Part shown: positions 32,001 through 42,900 of the stretch, in pieces
Position numbering within the stretch: the stretch's first letter is position 1
Layout: each line of letters opens with the position of its first letter
Origin: Macrostomum lignano
Taxonomy: Eukaryota
Assembly (NCBI GenBank): GCA_002269645.1
Contig: NIVC01001827.1
Span: forward strand, 294,642 to 358,641
Length of the DNA stretch: 64,000 nucleotides
Reading direction: 5' to 3'
The notes under the pieces: generated by a model
Database searches by the model: none
What the model was told of the DNA's origin: nothing
Seen by the model: only the letters and a program-made list of their open reading frames with translations
Position numbers and translations under genes: made by a program

Positions 32001-33489
32001 CCAATGGGTCCAGCACAGTTTGCATGATGCGGCTGAACGTTGCTGGGCCGTTGGTGACACCAAACGGCATCACTAGCCATCGGAATTGTCCGCGGTGCGG
32101 TACAGCAAATGCGGTCTTGTCTCGGTCTTCTGCAGCCACCGGAACTTGATGGTAGCCAGATCGCAGATCTAGGGAACTGTACACGGCTGTTCCATGTAGC
32201 GCTTCTAGGGCTTCATCGACGCGAGGTAGCGGAATGGCGTCCTTAACGGTCACGTCGTTGACCCGACGATAGTCCACGCACATTCGAAGCGAATTGTCTT
32301 TCTTTCGCACACAGACCACTGGCGAGCTCCATGGGGACATTGCCTCTTCGATTTTTCCTTGCGCCAGAAGCTCATCAAGTTGCTCGTCAACTTCTGCTCT
32401 AAGATGTGGCGGCAGTCGTCGTGGAGCCTGTTTGATAGGTCTTGCCGTCCCCGTGTCGATTCGGTGCTCACTGACATTCGTTACCGTGGCCTCGGCAAGT
32501 TCGGTTGCAAATACGTCTCTGTTGCACTGGATTAGCGCTTTGAACTTCGCCTCTTGCTCTGCCGACAAACCACAACTTCCCCAATTCTTCAGACCTGCTA
32601 GGAGCTCCTCGGCCGCCTCACTCTCTTCTTGGCGAGGCTTTTCCAGTGTCGGAGCTGCATCCTTGGCTTCACTCAACGTTGCTAGCGTGATGGGCTGCAG
32701 CGGATCGAGCGGATAGTACCACGCAACTGTCTCGCCCTTGCGGATGGTGACAGGAACCTCCGAGAAGTTTGCCAGCCGTACGGGGACTCGAGCGTCTTCC
32801 GTGGGCATCACTAAGGACCTCGCTAACACCGCGGAACCTGCGCGCTTCCGGTCTTGACTTTCCTCAATTACTCCTGGGCTTCTCGTGTATCGTCCTCTTC
32901 CACCCTTCATTAAGAATCGACCAGATGCTATCTTCTCTGCTCCAGGCGGAACCACAATTCGCTCCGACGCTAGAATGCGACACACAGTCGCAGGCCGTTG
33001 GTGAAAACGTAGCGGAACGCTGGCATCTGCTAGGTGAAGTACACCATCTTGAAAATCGATGCGGCAGTTGTGCTTAAGCAGAAAGTCGGCTCCCATTAAC
33101 AGCTCGTAGGAAACCGATGAGGATACTAGAGCTGTCATACTCAATTCGCTCTCGCCTATCATTAACGGAAGTTGGCAGATCGCACTGATGTTGATTGGGC
33201 TGCCGTTGGCAGCATGGATTGTTGATTTATGAGGCTGAATACTCGGTGGCGATTTTGTCCAAGTCTTTCTCACTCTCTGAAGCAAAGCTTCATTTATGAT
33301 CGTCACAGCAGCGCCCGAGTCGACACATGCAGAGACCACCTGACCACCGATTTGACAGGACACGTACACACTGGTGGGATGCATCATCAGACTTGGTGTG
33401 TCGACCGGCTGCTGACTGGACGGGGGAGGTTTGGCTGACTGGATTAGAGGCCCTGGCTCCCCTTCCCAGGACCTCTGTTGAAGTTTCCC
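29047..33489 (-). CDS. Chimeric ORF: Gypsy protease-RT-RNase H-integrase start fused to PLE-type ORF1 (Ala/Ser repeat + SGNH-like domain)
   Basis: CVDSGA (PR), YLDDIL (RT), ILDTDG (RH), LH.....H...KT...RFWFPG (integrase zinc-finger start). Abrupt switch at ~30762; then VIADQN/VHCFPG/GNND esterase-like blocks. No stop in 4.4 kb. Confidence 0.88.
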   Translation of the reverse strand, partial: GKLQQRSWEGEPGPLIQSAKPPPSSQQPVDTPSLMMHPTSVYVSCQIGGQVVSACVDSGAAVTIINEALLQRVRKTWTKSPPSIQPHKSTIHAANGSPINISAICQLPLMIGESELSMTALVSSSVSYELLMGADFLLKHNCRIDFQDGVLHLADASVPLRFHQRPATVCRILASERIVVPPGAEKIASGRFLMKGGRGRYTRSPGVIEESQDRKRAGSAVLARSLVMPTEDARVPVRLANFSEVPVTIRKGETVAWYYPLDPLQPITLATLSEAKDAAPTLEKPRQEESEAAEELLAGLKNWGSCGLSAEQEAKFKALIQCNRDVFATELAEATVTNVSEHRIDTGTARPIKQAPRRLPPHLRAEVDEQLDELLAQGKIEEAMSPWSSPVVCVRKKDNSLRMCVDYRRVNDVTVKDAIPLPRVDEALEALHGTAVYSSLDLRSGYHQVPVAAEDRDKTAFAVPHRGQFRWLVMPFGVTNGPATFSRIMQTVLDPLGWKICLVYLDDILVFSNTVEDHLARLSEIFQRLRSANLKLNPKKCELLSSEVSFLGHRVSADGIGTDPEKVRAICEWPTPCTVKDVQAFLGTVGYYRRFIQDFSHTAEPLTELTRSTSPFQWGSAQEEAFQRLKEALTGEQVMAYPNFAPDAPPFILDTDGSSSVGIGGVLSQLQPDGSEKVIAYGSRTLSSAERNYCTTRVELLAVVTFIRQFKYFLLGKHFILRTDHSSLRWLHSFKNIEGQAARWLEQLACFDYTIIHRAGRDHGNADGLSRRPRSHFGATTCPSCKEQPEVGAVTFGSGLQQRVHEAQLEHPELRPLRQAVQTGRLESLGTRHPGPGTPYWKALMARKDELCMVNDLLCIRTEKNFKVVLTAETTNLVISELHSGASGAHSGFFKTKKKVTSRFWFPGLGWRWAANKIGRAWSPRILDGVMERLHTHGFKALAGCLSEPDTQLQATTHSQASTAAPPTSSSLASIIEEASEELMSTFVTGANAPAASTAASSATAPAASSAASSATAPAASSAVTAPAASSVASSAGSSASSAASSATAPAASSVASSAASSAASSAASSATALAASSVASSAASSATAPAASSATAPAASSAASLAASSATAPAASSAASSAASSATAPAASSAASSAASSATAPAASSAASSAASSAASSATAPAASSAASSAASSATAPAASSAASSAASSATAPAVSSAATVPAASSAASSASTTHEENSTAPSAQDCASIETPTNREVSLPMTTSTGVPETVTARTSEDAADSGTPAATRKRPPSASPDSGSLMQPSKTARSLRENKVIYHHGAKKHWKLRSKQKPTLVIADQNVEFVKLASPDLEVHCFPGLTLDYLKNISKVENASPDTGRVIVWAGNNDLHRESFDFSIAKLWKMSLTNIRKAFPGASIWVVQTVCPPDAPALQKSNCRKTNQLLSSYRSVSLISLDTKVLTFRRDQISLERQSADGAFAVTLETVGDLPKN

Positions 33490-34550
33490 GACCGACAATT
33501 CTTGGCCAGATGACCCGGCTGGTTGCACGCGTAGCAACGCCTCGGACCGCCGGTCCTCGCCGCTGGGTTTGACTGCGGTTGCTGCATCATTCCGGAGCGA
33601 CTCGGGCACTCGCGCGCTAGGTGGCCGATGTTTCCACACTGAAAGCAAGCACCGGCCTGCCTCTGCTGCTGCCCTGCCAGATGACTAGGGGTCGCGCCAT
33701 ACACGCAGGCCCCTCTGCCACCTTGCAACCCAGGCCCCGGGCCGCGCGAATGCGCAGACCCAGAAGGCAAGGGTGCAGCAGACTGTTGAGGAGGCGGTGC
33801 CTGATTCAGCCGCTTCAACTGCCCTTCCAGGTCTCGAATCCGCTGTTGAAGTTCTTCTAATCCGTCTGAACTGGTGCCTCCGGTATTCACCGCAGCAACG
33901 GTCGAAGCAATTTTCCGGTAAGCCTGTTCTGAACCTGTCGGCTTGGCGGCTCGACCGGCGGCCTCCTTACGTCGCACGCAACGAACCGCATCCGTAAGGG
34001 TGGCGGGTTGCTGCAGCATAACGTACTCTTTGACATGTTCCGGTGCTCGAATGCCCTTCTTGAAGCGGTCTCTGGCAAAGCTGTTGATGATTCCGACTGG
34101 CATGTCTTCATCTGGGTACGCGTTCCTTGCTAACTCTAACAGCACATCCGCATAAGTCTCATACGTCTCGCCCTCTTTTTGGACTCGCGACTCCAGCTCC
34201 AGCTTGAAATCCTAGGCCGTGCGGTGCTGCTGGAACCTTTCTAGGAGTGCATCGGTGAAATCATCATACGTGGCACCCTCCTCCAGCTGAATATTCTCCA
34301 CTGCCGCGAAAGCCGTATTTAGATCCAAGAAGCTGAGGAGATGAGGCCGGCGATCGTCTTCCACTATCTGCGATGCTTCACAATAGGCATTGAACCTCTG
34401 CAACCATAGCCTGAAATTATCTCCAATGCAGTACTTCGGGGGCTTCGCTGGCCGCTGTACATTCTGTGCCACGTTGATGTCCTGCTGCAACGCCCGACGA
34501 ACTGACGCGGACATTAACTCCACCAGTCTATTCACACCTTCGTCTCCCAT
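33444..34550 (-). pseudogene. Gypsy gag with two CCHC knuckles and one in-frame TAG (34214-34212)
   Basis: WLQRFNAYC capsid-like motif; CFQCGNIGHLAREC and CYACNQPGHLAKNC; the two ORF-track pieces share a frame across the TAG. Confidence 0.85.
33446..33489 (-). promoter_or_regulatory. gag-pol -1 frameshift signal G-GGA-AAC + 11-bp stem
   Basis: Heptamer 33489-33483, 6-nt spacer, AGAGGTCCTGG/CCAGGGCCTCT stem; pol lies in the -1 frame. Confidence 0.85.
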
Positions 34551-34707
34551 CACGACAGCGCAATCGTATGCTCGACAACGACAGAAACACAACGACGTAA
34601 AAACGACACTAACAAATCGGAAGCAATCCCTCCTCCAAACAGATCCCTAGCAGCACTAATCTAAACTATTCTAACACGAGCTCATAAACACCCTCAAACA
34701 CAATACT

Positions 34708-34724
34708 ATCCTGGTCACGGCACC

Positions 34725-34725
<1 letters not shown>
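34708..34725 (-). promoter_or_regulatory. Primer binding site complementary to tRNA-His 3' end
   Basis: TGGTGCCGTGACCAGGAT, complementary to ...GUCACGGCACCA. Confidence 0.8.
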
Positions 34726-34726
<1 letters not shown>

Positions 34727-34790
<64 letters not shown>

Positions 34791-34793
34791 TGA

Positions 34794-34882
<89 letters not shown>
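34727..34882. repeat. Complex (GA)n microsatellite, right flank
   Basis: Contains the same GGGAGTGAAGTGA interruption as the left flank. Confidence 0.95.
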
Positions 34883-34889
34883 ACGCAAA

Positions 34890-34985
34890 CCCTGAGCGGG
34901 CCGGATTGCTATTGTGAAGTTTAAAAGTACCCGAGGGCCGGATAAAATGTAACCCACGCGGGCCGTATAGTTTGCCGACCCCTTG
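34890..34985. mobile_element. Terminal part of hAT-like MITE
   Basis: GCGGGCCG subterminal motifs and GTTTGCCGACCCC-type end; a related GGCCGCGGGCCAGAT motif lies at ~25644 beyond the left GA tract. Confidence 0.5.
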
Positions 34986-35395
34986 CCATAGACAAATCTC
35001 TGCATGGTAGCAACGAGAAAGCTATTTTTAGAAGTCGAATCACCGACCAACAGCAAAAAGTTACATTATTGCTCAGCAATCAATCCACAATTGAACAGTT
35101 ACTTTACACTTCAAAATTTTCTAACAACAATCTAGCATATCTACTTTTAGTAGGATTTACAATGCTTCTAGGATAAATCTAGCTTGTTGGGGACTGCAGT
35201 CTCTGCAGTATCCACGAGACAGTTCTCACTAGATCAGTCTAGGATTTGTGAGTAGCTCGCTCTCCGTGCATATAGTCAGATGAAGTACAATGGAAGGACT
35301 CTGCGCTCAATTTACATAGAAGTGAGCTGGAAGCCGAAAAAGCGTAAATTTGCATTTAGTGTGCTCTATAATAGAGAAACCGAATGTGTCTATGG
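34986..35395. mobile_element. Non-autonomous CCATAGAC...GTCTATGG element
   Basis: Perfect 8-bp inverted termini identical to the YR-family motif. Confidence 0.4.
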
Positions 35396-35684
35396 GAAAA
35401 CCCCATTCAGTGCCATTTTCAAGAGCGTACTAAATGGCTCATTTACTTAAGCTTTTAAGCTCTCCATGAGTGAAAATTCGAATGCGGAGCGACATTTGGC
35501 CAAGAAAATCACGGATGAGACGAGTTTCATGTTATAAAAATCGACCGGACCTTCGAAAGCTGTGCTACAGAAGATTTTTTTATTTTCCAACAAATTCGAA
35601 ACAAAGTGGCGTCATTTAAAATAGCTGACTTTGTTAAGACAAAATATTATGTAAATCAAATAAATTCAACCAAGAATAAATGTA

Positions 35685-36806
<1,122 letters not shown>

Positions 36807-36965
36807 TCGGTCAATTGTCAAAATCGGTTTGGCTGTTCTGAAATTATTGAGAGTTTTGTGCAGATAATAGGATTTTTGGAACTGAACAGGCCCGGGCTGG
36901 TCCCTCCCGGTCAGACCGTGAAGGCTGCGCAGCCAATCGGGAGAGAGGTCGGCTGCCTCACAGCG

Positions 36966-39900
36966 ATGCGAGAAAGTAACGGCAGTTCGGGGACTGGGCT
37001 GATGAAGAAGCGACGGCCGTCGCTGATTGGGAGAGCAGCCGGTGGTTTGGGGAAGCTGCGAGGAGCCAACTGCAAGGCGGCAGGCGGTGGATGCGACATC
37101 CCCCCCCCGGTGCGCTCAGGTGAGTATCGAGCAACTCCCCCTCCACCTGGAGGAAAAAATTATTTGCCGAGAGAATTAAGAAATATATAAGCGACGCTTT
37201 CCTTAGCCTGAGGATAAAAGCAGAGTGCTGGAGATCCAATCTTGAAGCCTTGCTGGCACAGCTGCTGTGGAAGCGCTCAGAGGAATCATCAAAATCCCTA
37301 ACAGGTAGAAGCGGAACAGGATTTCACCTGGCCTCTCGAGGAACGGCGCTTTTTCATGACGATGGACGAGCGACCTGCCGCTCTGCGAAGCAATAACAAC
37401 AACAAAAGCAACAACAACAACAGCAACAGCAACAACAACAACAACAAAAACAACAACAACAATAACAGCAACGGATGCCCAAGTTCTATTGGGGCCAAAT
37501 TACCGCAAAAGCAGGTGAGAGAGACGTTTAATTATTTTTTGCTAGTGTATCTCGGTTTGGTGTTTCTATCTCGGAACACACGCGCGTGCACACACACATC
37601 TGCCGTCCCGTCTGTCCCAGCGGCTTTCAGTCTGTTAATTGTGCAACTGTTCGGGGGAGGAGTTATACATTAAATAAATCCAAGTGCGCCCCCTCAGCGG
37701 AGATATCTCTGGGAAAACATCCCGCCGGGTAATGATAGGGTCGGCTGTAGATTCCCCGGTCGGCAACGAGTGCGTCCAGTTTAATTAAAACATTCGGGGC
37801 GATGATGCGGACGCTGCTCTTTGTCACTCTTTATCCTCATTATGTAGTGACCCGTGCAGCCTATTGTGGAGTAATCTTTATCTTAATCGTTATCTCAACC
37901 TCCCCTCTCCATCGAACAATGCGGCCGTGAGGGCTCGCTGTGTTGCCCTGCCATGCAGCCAGTATTGTGCATCAGGAATGCATCAGACTTAACAGCCTGC
38001 ATGGATTCTTCTGCAAGGGGATTCCTCTGCACTTTCATGGCGTCCCCAGAGTGGCGCCCCCAGAGTGGCGCCCCCAGAGTGCCGCCCTCAGTGTGGCGAC
38101 CCCAGTGTGCCGCCCCCAGAGTGACGCCCCCAGAGTGGCGCCCCCAGAGTGGCGCCCCCAGTGTTGCGCCCCCAGAGTGGCGCCCTCAGTGTGGCGACCC
38201 CAGTGTGCCGCCCCCAGAGTGACGCCCCCAGAGTGGCGCCCCCAGAGTGGCGCCCCCAGAGTGGCGCCCCCAGAGTGGCGCCCCCAGTGTTGCGTCCCCA
38301 GAGTGGCGCCCCCAGAGTGGCTTCCAATGTGGCGCCCCCAATGTGGCGCCGCCAGTAGGTATCCCCAATGTGGCGTCTCAGTAGGCGCCCCAATGTGGCG
38401 CCACCCTAAAAAACTTAGCCTTCTCACCCTAAGCAAGACTGGATACGCCATGCACTGGCTGCAGTAGGGAATTATCGGGATTTTCAAGGTATCTGATTTC
38501 GGGTAGCGCCAAACCTTACAGCGGCTCGGGTTGTATCCTGGCTGGGGATCAGAGGGGAGGGGAAGAAACTCCGCATTACGCGGGTAACTCGACACCCAAG
38601 AGCGATGCCTGGACTGCAGGGGGATTCCAATCGCGAGAGGGATTTGAGCAGGCGCTGCCTCTATCGATACACGACGACAGTAGCGAGTTCTATAGTCACA
38701 TATGCCAGCCTCTCTTGGTGCTCCATTCTTGATCTGCTCAAGCACTCGACTACTCGTCTCTTACCTGACCGTGTCAAACTCGATGGAGTCTTGACCCAGC
38801 ATCGCTGCGTTCTTTAGTGAAGTGGGAAATTTTCCCAAGGGCGTCACGCTGGGATCCGTGGTCTCCCCTTCCCTTAGCTGCGGCAGGCCGCGGTGAAATG
38901 GGCGAATCACTTAACTTTAAGAATGCTTGTGAATCCCCTCAACCTAGACCTGCCAACTCCTCTGCATCATCTTTCTTGAGTCCACTTGCTTCTGCTGAGC
39001 TTAGCCAAGCGGGTTATTCTGCCAGAGAGAAAGTGTGCCCGCGCCAGTTTTCACAGCTCCTTATCTGCTTTATTTCCAACTGCTCAATGGAACATGCCGG
39101 CAGCCTATTTTATGGAGGCCTACAGCGATGGCCGGGACTCAGCGATCAGCTTAGGGAGACTCTGAACTGAGCAATGTCAACAACAGCTCACTCCACAGCC
39201 AGTCCAGATTGCGAAGCCTGCAGTCAGTCAGACTGATTGCCAGTCCCATGCAGCCTCATTAGAGTCGAGGCGAGGAGGTGTAACAATGAAAACAGAGAAA
39301 AAGCATATAGGAGAATTTCCCCTGTGTTGAGTCGGAGAAGGCACGGACTCGAGATTCCGAGCTGATTAATCCTTGGCTGGGTCCCCAGTGAATGAGGAAT
39401 CTCTACCTGATGAGCAGTGGGTGATGCAGGATTGCAATAATTGCTGCTCAACGCAGCCTCTCCACTTCGGGGCAATTGTTTTGCTTTGTAAAAAAGAGAA
39501 TTGCGAGTGAATTCTTTCGCGCTAATCACCCCCTTCTCTTGAGCTCGGCACCCTCGAGCGACTCGTTGAAAACAGCACACCACTTCCCAAAGAAAACCTT
39601 CTTTTTTCCTGTGCAACAAAGGATGAGCCTGGGCGCGTGCGTGCAGATCCACACAGAGGCGAAAACATAACTCTCTTTTTATTGCGATTAGTTGTTCTGC
39701 TCCAGCATTGCGGCACTCGAAATGAAGCCCGAGTGACGGAGAGAGGGAGAGAACACGCGGTCGCCGCGTCGACACATGGGTGGACAGATTTCCCATATTA
39801 TTCATCCCTTGCCACTCAGTCAGCCAGTATCGGTTCTCCACCCCTGCCTCACGCCGAGTCGCCGTTCATGCCTCACTTAAACAGAGGGCTCAGGCTCCGT

Positions 39901-42900
39901 AGCAGCAGCATCTTAAGTCGATAGCCCTGTGGAGTGCGCCAGAGTAGCAGTAAGAAGTTAACGGGCAGCAGTTGCGCTAAGAGAGGGACCTGGCTGAACT
40001 GAGCTGAAGTGGGCTTAAGGGTTTGACGGTCTCACTAAGAGAGTGGAGAGAAAAAAAACGGTGCAGCTGAGACAAAAGAATCAACCGTTTGAGTCCGGCC
40101 AGCAGCCACGTGTCCACCAGCCAGTGGGAGTCACAGGGAACGAAGCGGCCAAGCCCGAGGATTAGGGCAGCAAGGCCACCTTCCAGTTTCCTCAGCTGCA
40201 CCTTGTGGCCCCGTCAGCGCCGGGCTGGTCTGCAAGACTCCACCCTCCCGCGCCGTTTCCTCTCCCACGCTGCCAGTCCCGCGCGTCACGGGGCCCGCAG
40301 TTGGGGCGCCTGCTGCCGCAGCCTCCTCCAACCCTCCCCCCTTTCCCCTCCCGCCAAACGGGAAGAAAAGCCAGCAGAAGATGCATCCCTGAATTATTCA
40401 ACTGCGCAGCGGGAGTCGCGGAGGCCGCTAAGACGTCTCGGTGCAGGCAGACAGGCAGGCAGGGGATGGACTGGACTGCGGGTCTCGGGGCCCCCGCCGA
40501 GTCATCCACGGGACCTCGCCTGCAACTCCAGCCTCCACAGGTGTCACTCCGAAATATATGGGAATGAATGACGCTGCGTGGGGAGACGTGGGAGGGGGTG
40601 CGGGTGCTGAGACAAGCGGGTGAAGTTGAGGATTATAGCCGGGACTTTGCCGACAAGGACAGAGCAAGCAGGAGCTGGAGTTTGCAACAAACAGCTCGGC
40701 CGCATGCATTGGTCCTGAGCTGAATAATTTAGGCCCAGACTGCCACCCCCTCTTAACTTCAACTCCCCCACATTTTTCTGTTGCTTTCTGGGGAACTGAC
40801 TGGAGAATTTAGCTGTCAGACAAATAGTCACTTAGTGGTAAGCCCTGCAAACACAATAGGCTTTTAATTCAAGTTCCAGGACTCAGTTTCTACATTGAAT
40901 GCAGCTTTAACTATTAATCCCTCCTAGGCATCCATGAGCGCATTGAATCCTCATTTTTTAAAAGGATAACTTTGTCACTTTTTAACTAGTCTGATGATAG
41001 ATAGATAAATTGGCTAAAAAAGAAGAGGAAACAGCCTGACAGGCGGCGCGTGCCGCTTTCCCTGCCTCGCAGCTTCAGCCCTCGCTAGCTGCATCAACAG
41101 CAGCAGCATCCCCTTGCCGCAGAGGCTTCAGGAGTTTCTAGACGTCAGGTGCATGCAGTCTCTGGCGCAGTTTTTCTAATCCAACTCTCGAACTCAATAG
41201 GTGATGTCTCAGCTCCAGCTCAAGGCTGGAGGGGGTGGGCGTGAGACGTGCTCAAGTGGCTGGTTGCTTTGCAGTTCGATGTAAAATGTTAAAGTGGCGA
41301 GGAGAGGGAGATGCGAACTACGGGGGCTAAACTAGAGACAGGGGATTCTATAGTTGAATAAAGTCAGCCACACCCCTAGTCAAGGGCCAGGACAGGTTTC
41401 CAAGCCACAGAGATGTACAGCCAGTTTCGCATGGGAACTATTATAAAAATCTCCCCCTTCTTAGCACCCACATCATTCTTCCGGGCATCATTGAAACTGT
41501 CCTATCCTATAGATACTTTTGTTTCGTATAGAGAAAAATAATGGCGCACCTGGTCACTCATAGAGAGAACTTTAATAACGGAACAATAGGAGAGCCAGTG
41601 GGAGGAATCTCCGCAGATTGCGCTTTCTCTCAGTCCTCAGCGCTCGAAAAGACACAAAATGATTTGCAGACTCCCCGCAACCGTGCTCTGAGCAGTTGTC
41701 CAAGTGCTCTATTGTCCTCTATCTGTCACGCGACTCAAGGGGGGGGGGGCGCCGGACACAAACTGTCGGAAAAAATCCAGCCTAAGCAGTGATTTCTATA
41801 AATAGCTTGGCGCACCCGAAGGGGCGTGGAAATTTCGCAGGTCGCCCAGCGGGGTGCCAAATCTTCAACAAATACAGCGAGTGACCCGGACAGTCCTCTA
41901 CACACTACCTGGGGAGCATAGCAACCCGTCAGCAAGCCGTGGCCCCAGCTTTGTCTTCAGTTTGCTCTTCGAGCCCATGAAAAAGCGCGGGTAGCACACG
42001 CAGACTTCATCACTAGGCTGATGATGAGGCTCAGCCTCCGCAAACAGGAGTCTCCTGTATGTCAGAGCTGTTTGTCCTTTTGGTTAAAAAAACCGCTACT
42101 TTTTATTCCAAAAAATTGCAACAAGGAAAGCTCGTGTCACGAAGCGAAAAACAGGCAAAAGCGGATCTCAGTAAAAAGTCAGTTTTTTTACTTTTTCTTT
42201 TCCCCGATTTGTAGAGATTAAAAGCATGGAGTCGGGTTGGCTGATGTTCGGAATCAAAAAGTCGCACTGTTTGAGATGCACCTGAGTTGTCTTTTTGTCA
42301 CGTTCCGCCTCTCTGTTGAATCTCTGAAGAGCTGCAAACTTTTTCTTCACTGCTGCCTCTCAGCCGCTTGTTGTCTCTGAGTCAGGTTTTATCCGGCACT
42401 GAGGTCATTGAGTTAATCAGGACAGCTGACTCAAACTCTCACTGCATCAACCCGCCCGCAGCAGCAGCAGCAGCAGCAGCGTGGAGGCGGCCAATGGCAG
42501 AGCGAGCCCGACAGCCCGACCCCGACAGCCGCCTGGTGTCAGGCCTGCCTGCAGCCCATCGCTGACCGCTACTTCCTGCAGGTTGGCGACTGTCTCTACC
42601 ACAGCGGCTGCCTGCGCTGCCAGCAGTGCCAGCGGTGCCTGGAGACTGCCGGCTCCTGCTTCGCTAAGGAGGGGAAAATCTTCTGCCGAGACGACTATTA
42701 TAAGTGAGACTGGTTTGAGCTGCACGCGCGGGTTGCTATTGAACGTGATCGTGTGATACCGGCGCTGGTTGACCCTCTCCGTTCCTGTCTGACCTTCTTC
42801 TGTTCCTGTTGGATCCTCTTCCGCCCCTGTCTCACTCTGTTCCGCCCCTGTCTCACTCTCTACCGCCCCTGTATCATTCTATTCCGAACCTGTCTCATTC

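Larger units (their letters stand above)
26090..34726 (-). mobile_element. Composite Gypsy / Penelope-like retroelement without LTRs
   Basis: PBS, gag, pol (PR-RT-RH), PLE ORF1, PLE RT-EN and hammerhead, all on the minus strand and contiguous between two related (GA)n tracts. Confidence 0.8.

Noticed and set aside
25810-34882. The two (GA)n tracts as the LTRs of the Gypsy element
   Set aside because: No shared unique sequence, no matching TG...CA ends on both copies and no convincing polypurine tract.
38460-40830. Short ORFs in Lhx2/9 intron 1 as a nested gene or transposon
   Set aside because: No recognisable domains or coherent splice structure; more likely GC-rich non-coding sequence.
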